Assembly: GCA_036785375.1 (NCBI GenBank)
Contig: JAWMAR010000061.1
Coordinates: forward strand, 1,488,001-1,552,000
Length of the DNA: 64,000 nucleotides
Direction of reading: 5' to 3'
DNA from: Leucoraja ocellata
Lineage: Eukaryota
Shown here: positions 51,528-62,617 of the stretch, piece by piece
Layout: every line of letters starts with the position of its first letter
How positions within the stretch are numbered: position 1 is the stretch's first letter
Notes under the pieces: generated by a model
Database searches by the model: none
Told to the model about the DNA's origin: nothing
Seen by the model: the letters and a program-made list of their open reading frames with translations, nothing else
Program-made: the position numbers and the translations under genes

Positions 51528-53091
51528 AACTCCAGCACTTTGTGTCAATCTTTTGCAATAAATATGCCTCCGCTGCCTTTGGATGCAAACTTGACATTGC
51601 GTGTAACTTTGCAAAGTTGCCGTACAGAGGGGGATTGCAAACCTTTAGCATTGTGAAAATATTCCAACAGTGCATTTGCAGTGCATCTTGTGTCATGCAA
51701 GTTCTGCATTGGTTTCGTGGTATTATCTTTGCAGACATCACGCCAACCCTGCAGCCACACGCATAATATTTTCACTTGCTCGCAATGCACCGGAACGAAT
51801 AGATTCCTGAAATGAATGGAGCACAAGGTTGAAATGGTATCAAGCACAATAACTAAATAGCGCTTTTATTTTTCCCTTTAGTTTCATATATCATGCCTCA
51901 CGAATGTTTGACGTCACCTTTTGTGATTAGCCATAATCAGCAAATTGTTCAATCTTTGATGTGGAAACTTAATGTCGGCTCTCATGCCTTTTGTGACATA
52001 ATGTTATCTGTAAATCAGTAGGAATTGTGGTTTTCCTTCTTGAATTGCTATCTAGACTTAAAATCCACCAGAGGTGCAATTAAAGTACTTTATTACCGGT
52101 TTAACAGTTGAATTTGAGGATAAAACTTTATTTTTGCTTGTTTTATTCAAGGATACGAATTACAATGTGAAAATCCAGTAGCAACTTGGTCGAATTTATT
52201 TTTGTAAAAGCTCATGTTACAGAATGACTACACTTCAAACAGCTGCAAATGCTTTTAAGTCTCTAAGGTCTTCAAATGCTGTGTGGATACAAGTCAGTTT
52301 TTCTTTGACCAAGATAATGGCAGTCTCCGCCTTCAAGTCTGTGACTTTTGAGGGGACAAGTTGTAGATCAACCAGTATAATTGAACAAGAGTTCCGATAC
52401 CTCACAACTGTCTTCCACCAGAAGTTAAGTTCTGGTTATTGAACCAAGAATTGGTTATTTTCATGGGACTATGAGCAAGTTTCTTCTCAAGTCGCTAATT
52501 GAAAGAGCCATGGTTCCTTTCATGCAGGTATAACTACTTACTCAGATATGACTGAGTCACCTGTTACCAGGTTAGATGGGAGAAGAGTGGAAGGAACAAG
52601 AGGAGCTAAGGGTTACCTGAATTTGGAGAATTTAGAGTTCACATCATTGGGTTGTGGGCCGCCCAGGTGAGTGTGAGGTGTTGGAAGAACCACATGGGGC
52701 AACGTGCTCTGGTTCCTCGTGGTCTTGTAGCTTGTTGGGGTGATTGGCGAAGCTCGCGATGGTGAGTTTAGGGAAAGGAAGGGAGCAGATCATGATTCCT
52801 CATCTTAAACAACAGTCTCTGTTGCTAATTATGTTTCATGGGACGACGGGCAAATGTATTCTCAAGGCTAATTGAAAGTGATATGGTTCCTTTCATGCAG
52901 ATGATATCTGCTTACCTTATCCCTGAGTTGGCTGTTACCAGGTTAGATGTGGGGAGAGAGGAAGGAACAAGAGGTGGTGTGGATTACCTGAATTTGGAGA
53001 ATTTATAGTTCGTGTCATCGGGTTGCAGACCACCCAGGTGTGTATGAGGTGCTGTTCCTCCAGTTTCCATTTGGCCTCGACCTGACAGGGG

Positions 53092-53350
53092 AGTCGAGTC
53101 AAGTCAGTTTATTTATATAGCACATTTAAAAAACAACTCTCGTTGGCCAAAGTGCTTTACATTGGTATAAGAATAGTGTAACAAACAACAGTGGTTCCTA
53201 GATTAAATACAAACATCGCTACATACATATAGCCCTCACTCAGAGGACGTCAAGAAAGGCTTGGGAGTAGAGATGAGTTTTTAGTCTCGACTTAAAGGAG
53301 TCGATGGAGGGGCGGTTCTGATGGGAAGAGGGATGCTGTTCCACAGTCTA
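53092..53350 (-). mobile_element. L2-clade LINE 3' end (same family as 23770-24543)
   Basis: Reverse complement closely matches 24290-24540. Confidence 0.8.
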
Positions 53351-54423
53351 ATACAGATGGATCAGTGTAGGAATGGGAAGGGGATTTAAAATGGCAGGCA
53401 TCCGAACAATGAGTGCTTAATACACAGACTCGGTGTGAAGCACTTGTTTAATGTCAAGGCTAGCAAAATCAGCAAGATTGCACTCCATTATCTTAGTTAG
53501 GTCATCGTAACCAGGACGTCAAGGACAGGAAAGGGGAAAATAAACTCTGTCTGCAGGCTGGGGTTTTAGTGGGACGTAACAGCAAGGTGCACTGAATCCA
53601 TACCACATACCTGGCAATTAAACATAGCTACCTGGCAATTAGAGATACCGACCGCCTACCTGGCAATTGGGAAATGGCCATGATTTAACCATGGGTAATG
53701 TTTAAGAAGGAACCGCAGATGCTGGAAAATTGAAGGTAAACAAAAATGCTGGAGAAACTCAGCAGGTGAGGCAGCATTTATGGAGCGAAGGAAATAGGCA
53801 ACGTTTCGGGTCGAACCCTTCTTTTGTCTACCTGTCTAACCATGGATAATTGTATTACTTCCCTTTGCTGTATCTTGCACATCAAAGTGTAATAAACATC
53901 AACTAAATGAACAAATCCAATTGAAGAGATTGCAGTACAATTTAGAGTTTTATTAATCCCAAGAAAGTGAGATTTATTGCCTCTTAAACTAAAACATAGA
54001 CCACTGTGTGACAGCAAGAGTAATTGCATTAAAATCTAAATCGAAGTGATCCAGCTAATCTCTTTCAGAACTGTACAAAGTTGTTGCTGTTAGTTTATGA
54101 GGAGTTTGCTGTGAGTCCAATGTGACCTGCTGATGTATGTTCGCATGCTGATGTGTCAACTCCATTCCACAAAGGGTGATTGAGACAGTAAAATGAACCG
54201 CAACTCTTTGCAGAATGTGTTCTCTGTGCTAGACGCACAAAGCTGGAGTAAAAACTCAGCGGGACAGGCAGCATCTCTGGAAGGAATGGGTGACATTTCG
54301 GGTCAAGAGCATCACCCATTCCTTCTCTCCAGAGATGCTGCCTGTCCCGCTGAGTTACTCCAGCTTTTTGTGTCTACGGTTTAAACCAGCATCTGCAGTT
54401 CCTCCTTACACATGTTTTCTGTG

Positions 54424-54656
54424 CTATTCGCTTTTAACGTGGCTTTGGCCTGATCCTTGACGCTCCACTAAAGTCAGCCATCGTCCTCCGCCTGTTCCAC
54501 CATTGAGGTCTTGGTTGGATTGCTCTTTGTCAGGGACCTCCCCCTCGACCATATCTCCAAGGGTGACCCTACCAGGAGCACAGCTCCAGACGGCATCGCT
54601 CTCAGGATCTCGGGACCACACGAGCTTCTCCACCACGACAAGGTGACAATCCACGG
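54424..54656 (-). mobile_element. Isolated 5' head of an RTE-clade LINE (BovB/Expander-like) or RTE-derived short element
   Basis: Minus strand GGATTGTCACCTTGTCGTGGTGGAG...ATGCCGT...GGTAGGGTCACCC...GGTC...CTGACAAAGAGCAATCC resembles recalled RTE 5' UTR motifs. No RT ORF adjacent. Confidence 0.55.
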
Positions 54657-56248
54657 AGAAGACAATTCACTCAATTAACAATGCATGAGTAATTTTGTTT
54701 TGACTTTGAAAATTAACTTTGTGTTTAGTATTTCCTGTTCGTGAAACATTGTGAAGCACTTCGGTTCTCCACAAAAACAGTATTATTTCTGACAAAACTA
54801 ATCCACCTGCAGTATAAAACTTCAAACACCAAGACCTTTTACAACAGAGGGTGGCGGGGGAAATGTGTGCGCATGGGGGAGGGGGGCAGGGGAAAGAGAG
54901 GAGGGGTACTATGGACCCTTTGGGCCAGAATATTTGTGCCAAACACAATGCCAAGTGATCTCATCTGCCTGCACATGATCCATATTCCCTGCACTTCCAT
55001 GTGCCTATCCCAAAGCTTCTTAAAAGCCTCCACCACCGCACTGTGTGTGAAAAATTAACTCTTGCCCTGCATGTCTCCTTTAAACGTCCCCCTCCGTCAT
55101 CTTAGGGTCATGTAGCTGTCATCTGAGGTAACGCTAAGTGTCAGGCTTGAAGGATGTGGTTCCTGTCGGGGTAGTCATTTTGCTATTTTTAAAAAACTGG
55201 TTGATTTAGCAAATACTCATTTTTCCATCTTCAACTAGTCTAGATTTAACACTGCAGAAATTCAACTCCAAAGCCCAATTCAAGTGACAAGTGCCCCTCC
55301 GTAATGTTTGGGACAAAGACCCATCATTATTGTCTGAAGAAGTGTTTCGGCCCGAAACGTTGCCTTTTTCCTTTGCTCCATAGATGCTGCTGCACCCGCT
55401 GAGTTTCTCCAGCTTTTTTGTGTACCTTTGATTTTCCAGCATCTGCAGTTCCTTCTTAAACCCATCATTTATTTATTTGCCTCTGCACTCCACAATCTGA
55501 GATTTGGAATAGAAAAAAAAATCACATGTGGCTGAAGTGCACATTGTCAGATTTTAATAAAGGCCATTTTTATACATTTTGGTTTCACCATGTGGAAATT
55601 ACAGCTTTTGGCCCACCAGCGCAACACCGCTCAGTGTTTACAGTTTGCTAAATGCATGGATTAAAGAACCGAGGTTATCTAGAAAGTAGGGGAAAAAAGC
55701 AGTAAATCTATCCCTGTTGCTGCATATGTTAATATCAAAATGAGAGTGCACCCCTTCACTCTAACCTAGCCAGCAGCCCTTGAGAAATGTCAGCGTTAAT
55801 TGTAGGAAATGATATTTTGTGTCCAAAGTTAAATGGGAAAATATTTTCTGGCGATCTGCAGGCCAAGTGTCAATGTAGGAGAATTTGTTGGAACTGACAT
55901 TGTTATCCTTGGATGGTGAAATAATTTTTGCATGCTTGAGGCCATAATTAAAGTGTTTGAATTGAGCTGGTGATGAGTAATGAGTCTAAGAATGGTTCTT
56001 CTGCTTCCTGCCTCCATCTTCCACCAGGCTCAGCATCGATGCTCTTAATGTCACTGTGTGTGACTTCTGCCCATTACAGTTTTCCACAAGAGAATAATTA
56101 AAATTTCTGGTGTGGTACTGCTCTTCCAATTAATTAGCATCTGCTATTTGAGGCACCACATCATAGCTGAGTCAGATGTGCAGACGAATGCAGATCTTGC
56201 TTGACGTAGGCTTTCCTTTTATAGTCGCTGGCTAGGCATCATCTTTAA

Positions 56249-57202
56249 GATGCCTAGGCACCAGGGCATCGGAAATGTCCTTGCTCTTCAGGGAATGGGG
56301 ATTCCCCTCCTCCACCATAGATGAGGCTCGCACCAGGGTCTCTTCCATACCCCGCAACACTGCTCTCTCTCCCCATCCCCGCACTCGCAACAAGGGCAGA
56401 GTCCCCCTAGTCCTCACCTTTCACCCCACCAGCCGGCAAAAACAACAAATCATCCTCCGCCATTTCCGCCACCTCCAACGTGACCCCACCACTCGCCACA
56501 TCTTCCCATCGCCCGCCATGTCTGTCTTCCGCAAAGACCGTTCCCTCCGCAACTCCCTTGTCAATTCTTCCCTTCCCTCCCGTACCACCCCCTCCCCGGG
56601 CACTTTCCGTTGCAACCGCAAGAAATGCAACACCTGTCCCTTCACCTCCCCCCTCGACTCCATTCAAGGACCCAAGCAGTCGTTCCAGGTGCGACAAAGG
56701 TTCACCTGTATCTCCTCCAACCTCATCTACTGCGTCCGCTGCTCTAGATGCCAACTGATTTACATCGGTGAGACTAAGCGGAGGTTGGGCGATTGTTTCG
56801 CCGAACACCTCCGCTCAGTCCGCAAGAACCTACCTGAACTCCCGGTGGCTCAGCACTTCAACTCCCCCTCCCATTCCCAATCCGACCTCTCTGTCCTGGG
56901 TCTCCTCCATTGCCAGAGTGAGCAACACCAGAAATTGGAGGAACAGCACCTCGTATTCCCCCTGGGTAGCCTGCGTCCGGTGGGCATGAACATTGAATTC
57001 TCCCAATTTTGCTAGCCCTTGCTGTCTCCTCCCCTTCCTTAACCCTTAAGCTGTCTCCTCCCATCCTCCCTTTTTCCTTCCTTCTCCCCCCCACCCCCCA
57101 TCAGTCTGAAGAAGGGTTTCGGCCCGAAACTTCACCTATTTCCTTCGCTCCATAGATGCTGCTACACCCGCTGAGTTTCTCCAGCATTTTTGTGTACCTT
57201 CT
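56249..57202 (+). mobile_element. Penelope-like retroelement, 5'-truncated: RT C-terminal linker + GIY-YIG endonuclease, followed by terminal repeat with hammerhead core
   Basis: ORF 56275-57015 has CxxxxCxxC, then FTC.SSNLIYC..C..C...YIGETKRRLG..F.EH...VAQHFN (GIY-YIG), typical of PLEs. Hammerhead core at 57106-57133. ATCATCTTTAA is repeated at 56238-56248 and 57203-57213. Confidence 0.88.
56275..57015 (+). pseudogene. Truncated Penelope-like ORF (GIY-YIG endonuclease domain, 246 aa open)
   Basis: PLVLTFHP motif, Cys-rich linker and LIYC...YIGET GIY-YIG motif. No RT core, so it is non-autonomous. Confidence 0.8.
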
Positions 57203-57503
57203 ATCATCTTTAACGATGTCCTTCCCTGAGGCCAATTACAGCAACATTGCACCATGCTGCATGAGATGAGAAAGCTTAACATGCAATCGGGCTTGAACCT
57301 TGAAATGTGTGAGTGGGTTAATCTATTGAGGTAGACTTAGAGGATTTTTAGCGTTGCTTTAATATTCCACTTCAGTGACACTGAAGGTAGACACAAAATG
57401 CTGGAGTAACTCGGTCTTTAATTAGGAACTGCAGATGCTGGAAAATCGAAGGTAGGCAAAAGTGCTGGAGAAACTCAACGGGTGCAGCAGCATCTATGTG
57501 AGT

Positions 57504-57531
57504 CTGAAGAAGGGTTTCGGCCCGAAACGTT
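57504..57531 (+). ncRNA. Minimal hammerhead ribozyme core (Penelope-type)
   Basis: CUGAAGA-A-GGGU(UUCG)GCCC-GAAA-C-GUU. Confidence 0.6.
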
Positions 57532-59831
57532 GCCTATTTCCTTCGCTCCATGGATGCTGCTGCACCTGCTGAAATTCTCCAGCACTTTTGTCTACCATGC
57601 TGGAGTAACTCAGCGGGACAGGCAGCATCTCTGGTGAAAAGGAATGGGTGACGTTTCGGGTCGAGGCCCTTCTTCCAACATCACAGCTTAATATTGACAA
57701 AGAGTGAGCCTTTGTATAGCACATTCTTATATAAGGAGACTCAAAGGTGCACCTTTGTCGCATCTGATCATCAAGGCTGGTCAGGTGAGGAAAGAGCTGA
57801 GCAGACCAAGATGCAGCACAGAACACCACAGTGGATTCCTTTTCCCTGTGGCCATCAAACTGTACAATTCTGCCCCTGCTGTCGTGGGGTAGACTCACTT
57901 GCCACTCATAGAATTACATTGGCAGAGCCGTTGTGAACATTCATTTGTTCCGGTTGAATCCCAGTCCCTTCGGCTGGTGCTGTATAAAATGTGTCTTGGG
58001 GGAAGAGTCATAGAGTCATACCGTGTGTAAACAGGCTCTTCGGCCCAACTTGCCCACACCGGGCGACATGTCCCAGCGATCCTAGTCCCACCTGCCTGCG
58101 CTTGGTCCGTAACCCCCAAACCTGTGTAAGATAGAACTGCAGATGCTGGTTTAAATCGAAGGTAGACACAAAATGCTGGAGTAACTCAGCGGGTGAGGCA
58201 GTATCTCTGGAGTGAAGGAATGGGTGATGTTTCAATCTGAAGAAGGGTCTTGACCCGAAATGGAATTACCCATTCCTTCTCTCCAGAGATGTTGCCTCAT
58301 CCTTCAAACCTGTCCTATCCATGTACCCGTCTAGCTGTTCCTTAAATGTTGGGGATAGTCCCAGCCGCAACTACCTCAACGAGCAGCTTGTTCCATATAC
58401 CCACCACTACTTTTATCATTTGCTGTGAGCTCCGTGTGAATTAGGAAGTTGGTGGCACGTTGTGTACATGACATTAAATGCATCTGACTTGAATCAGTTG
58501 GAGGAGCCTGATATGATGGAGGGACACCAGGCTTTGCTGCATCCTCTGTTGCTGGCCTGCAACCTCCGGGAACCGCACAGAAACCTTGGGTGGGGCGCAA
58601 AGTCTCCAGAGGTTTCTGTTCGGGTTTCCTAAGTGGGACAGGGGCATAACAGTGGAGCCATTGACCAGCTCTCTATCAGGTTTGTTCAGATGCTGGCCAT
58701 CTGAACCAGGAGGTTAGGGTCTCACGTCATGAAACATCTGATTTGTTCCCTTTCCTGAATAATTCTTCTGCTTTTGCTGTAATCAATAGGCCCTTATTTA
58801 AGTTGTCGTCTCAGATGTAAGACTTCTGTAGTCTGTGTCACTGGTTTGATGTCTAAATAATGGGTGACTTTCAATCCACAGCCAAGGCAGATGTCACGCT
58901 AACGGCTTGCAACGCAAGTCAACGCAGTTTACAGAGTCCATGAACTCTCTCTTCATGCTTTATGTTTGTCTTTTCTTTTGAAGTTTCTGTGATCAATGTT
59001 ACTGCAGCCCCGCGGCCAGCCTTCAATGCACACAAGACACTGATCGCACCAGAGTGGGTCTGACTCAAACGTTTGAACTGTGACTGAGTTCCTACTAAGT
59101 ATGATTGATGTATTTGGTGGGCAGGTGCGGTTTTTTAAACTGCGTTATCACAACAACGTCAATGAGACGTGGCCTTTTTCTGTGTACCATTTTGTCATGT
59201 TAATGTATTCTATGTCAACACAAGACTCAAATATGAAGAGCATATCAGGAAGCATGATTCTTGTCAATATTGTTATTGGCAGTTTATTGTGAGCCCAGAA
59301 GCTATTTACTTGTGTAATGCTAACCCCATTCTGTATGTTTGGTTCGGTCTGATATGCAGACAACCTTTTTTCCTCTCACCTTGTCATCTGGAATCAAAAT
59401 GGTGGGTTTAAGAATAGTATTATCGTACATGCCTATAAATTAGAGTCTACACCTCTAAACAAAAATTAAACTGAAACATCTTAACCCGAAATGTCACCTA
59501 TTCCCTCTGTCCATAGATGCTGCCTCACCCGCTGAGTTCCTCCAACATTTTTGCCTATCTTTAAACTTATACTTTGGTTTGAACCAGTATCTGCAGTTCC
59601 TTCCTTCACAAACCTATACAGTGTTAAATAAACAGGAAATGCTTCCATGCATGGGCAAAATTAATCTTTTTTAAAGTGCAGACCGTATTCTTGGTCACGC
59701 AAACACAAATTTGTCTCGCATATCAAATCAGCTAAATTATGTCCAGTTTTGTGACTAATGATTTGAAATTATTTTCTTTGGAGGAACATGAGCAGAATTT
59801 TTCAGCTTCCCTTGGAAAAGTTTAATTGGGA

Positions 59832-60145
59832 AACATAGAAAAAAAAACATAGAAATTAGGTGCAGGAGTAGGCCATTCAGCCCTTCGAGCCTGCACCGCC
59901 ATTCAATATGATCATGGCTGATCATCCAACTCAGTATCCCGTACCTGCCTTCTCTCCATACCCCCTGATCCCCTTAGCCACAAGGGCCACATCTAACTCC
60001 CTCTTAAATATAGCCAATGAACTGGCCTCAACTACCCTCTGTGGCAGAGAGTTCCAGAGATTCACCACTCTCTGTGTGAAAAAAGTTCTTCTCATCTCGG
60101 TTTTAAAGGATTTCCCCCTTATCCTTAAGCTGTGACCCCTTGTCC
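59832..60145 (-). mobile_element. CR1-clade LINE 3' end
   Basis: Near-identical to 31654-31958. Confidence 0.88.
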
Positions 60146-60550
60146 CGGGAAGTTAATATTACTTTGATTTAATGATAGTTCCTTGATCAGTGCAAACATT
60201 TCTTTGGTCTTCGACTGAGTTACCAGCCGTGATGCTCTAGTCCTGGTTTGAAGTCAATTGAGTTCTATTCAATTCAATCGAAGAAGGTTTCTGACCCAAA
60301 ACGGCCTATCCATGTTTCCAATGATGCTGCGTGGCCCTCTGTAACTTCAGCAATTTGTGTTCTACGCAAGATTCCAGCATCTGCAGTTGCTTGTGTCTTC
60401 AATTGTATTGTGCCAAGTAGATTTTTCATTCCTGGATATTTTGTTTATTTAATTAACTAACTGGTGAATGAGGCAAATTTGAAGGTAAACTTGAAAAAAA
60501 CATTGAGGTAAAATGGCATTTTTAATTTCTATATTGACTAACAGATTAGT

Positions 60551-60578
60551 CTGACGAAGGGTCTCGGCCCGAAACGTC
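60551..60578 (+). ncRNA. Minimal hammerhead ribozyme core (Penelope-type)
   Basis: CUGACGA-A-GGGU(CUCG)GCCC-GAAA-C-GUC. All core nucleotides are present, with palindromic ACGU in place of stem III. Flanks AUUAGU/GCCAAU give a partial stem I. Confidence 0.65.
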
Positions 60579-61033
60579 GCCAATTTCCTTCGCTCCATAG
60601 ATGCTGCCTCACCCGCTGAGTTTCTCCAGCATTTTTGTCTACCTTCGATTTTCCAGCATCTGCAGTTCCTTCTTAAACAGGTTGTTGTTGAAAGCTCCGA
60701 ATCCTCAGGGCATTGAGCACTGTCACATCACCTCAAATTAACGGTAATATAGAGAAACAAGAAACTGCAGATGCTGGTGTAAAAATCAACTCACAAAGGG
60801 TCTCTGCTTGGTCTTGCTGATGTAGGGGCGACCACATAGAGAACGCTGGAGGCAGTGGATGAGGTTAGAAGAGGTGGATGTGAACCTCTGTCTCACCTGG
60901 AAATAGATGCTACCTGAGCTGCTTAGTCACTCCAGCATTCCCACAATATTCGGCATTTCCTAATCATTATTCAGGCTGATCTATTTTGTCAATTTCAGTG
61001 CAAAGATTTGCTCCTATTTCAATTCCTTTATTG

Positions 61034-61498
61034 GTTTAGTTCAGAGATACAGCACAGAAACAGGCCCTTCGGCCCACCGAGTCCACGCCAACCTGCGATC
61101 CCCGCACATTAATGCCCCTGTCCCACTTAGGAAACCACAACGGAAACCTCTGGAAACTCTGCGCCCCACCCAAGGTTTCCATGCGGTTCCCGGAGGTTGC
61201 AGGTGGTTGCCGGAGGTTGCAGGTAGTGGAAGCTGGTAGGGAGACTGACATATTAACAAAACATTGACATATTAACACTACCCTGCACACACTAGGGACA
61301 ATTTTACATTCATACTCAGCTAATTAACCTACAAGCTATTACGTCTTTGAAGTGTAGGAGGAAACCGAAGATCTTGGAGAAAATTCATGCAGGTCACGGG
61401 GAGAACGTACAAACACCGTACAGACAAGCACCCATAGTCAGAACCCGGGTCTCTGGCACGAAGGCAGTAGCTCCAGCGATACACCACCTTGCCGCCCT
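61034..61498 (-). mobile_element. tRNA-derived SINE with nested partial MITE (~61112-61250)
   Basis: SINE body interrupted by TGCCCCTGTCCCACTTAGG... MITE sequence. Confidence 0.72.
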
Positions 61499-62589
61499 CA
61501 AGTCTGACAACACCTTAAACACTGTTTTGTGCAAATCAGTGGAAATGTTTATTTAAACGTTGAATTCTGCAGTACAGTTCCACAAGCCTAATCCCCACTG
61601 TTGAATCTGACTTACAAAGAAAGACTTGTCAGCAAGGCAAGAGCTTTTTACTTGTATATGAGGAGATATCAGGCACAAGTGATATGAATGAAATGAAGAA
61701 GATATTCTTGAACCATACAGTAGTTGGGATGCTCCAACATGGCACATTGGGGATACAAATGTCTGGTTAAAACGGCTCAATCTAACCAGACGCAGATGTT
61801 GAAACAGAGATTTAGAAATTGGATGAACTAAAGTGGGTCAAACTGTCTTCATTTTTCACCATCTTGTACAAATTGTTGCCAGATTATGGAGAATTATGCA
61901 CCATTCTTTAGCCAGAGGGTGGTGAATCCATATAATCCATTGCCACAGACTGATGTGAAGGCCTAGTCAATGAGTATTTTTAAAGCAGAGATTAATACGT
62001 TCTTAATTAATAAGGGCATCAAAGGTTACGGGGAGAAGATTTGGGTAGAATAGATCAGTCATGATCAAATGGTGGAGCAGACTTGATGGGCCAAATGGCC
62101 TAATTCTGCTCCTATGGCTTAGCAAGAGAAGATTTTGTGGCTCCCTAAATTCAAGATATTGTCGACTTGACTGATTTTATTTTGTACGTTTACATTTCTA
62201 GTTCCTTTACACCACAAATTCAGTTATCGTTTTATGAATCTAAACTTAATTACAAGTGGTCTAATAACATTTGTTGAAATCGGTTTTACCCATGAACTGG
62301 CCCAGATTTGCTTAAATGCACCAAATCAGACAAGGTCACGTTTTGTGTGTTCTGCTCCAAATTGTCTTGTGAGTGGGAAGCATATTCCTCAAGAAGTTTA
62401 AGAAAGTCTGAAGAAGGGTTTCTGCCCGAAATATTGCCAATATTTTATTTATTTTAATCTACTTTACCCATAATTTAAGTTTTGCTGAAAGTTCAAAGTT
62501 GGTGGTGTGCACTTTAAAATAGCTTCTCCAATCAGCAGAGAAACCTTTCACGCGTATTATAAAGTTGAAGCATAAAAGTCTCTTGCAGG

Positions 62590-62617
62590 CTGAAGAAGGG
62601 TTTCGGCCCGAAACGTT
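62590..62617 (+). ncRNA. Minimal hammerhead ribozyme core (Penelope-type)
   Basis: CUGAAGA-A-GGGU(UUCG)GCCC-GAAA-C-GUU, in an insertion flanked by a GTCTCTTGCAGGCT duplication. Confidence 0.58.
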
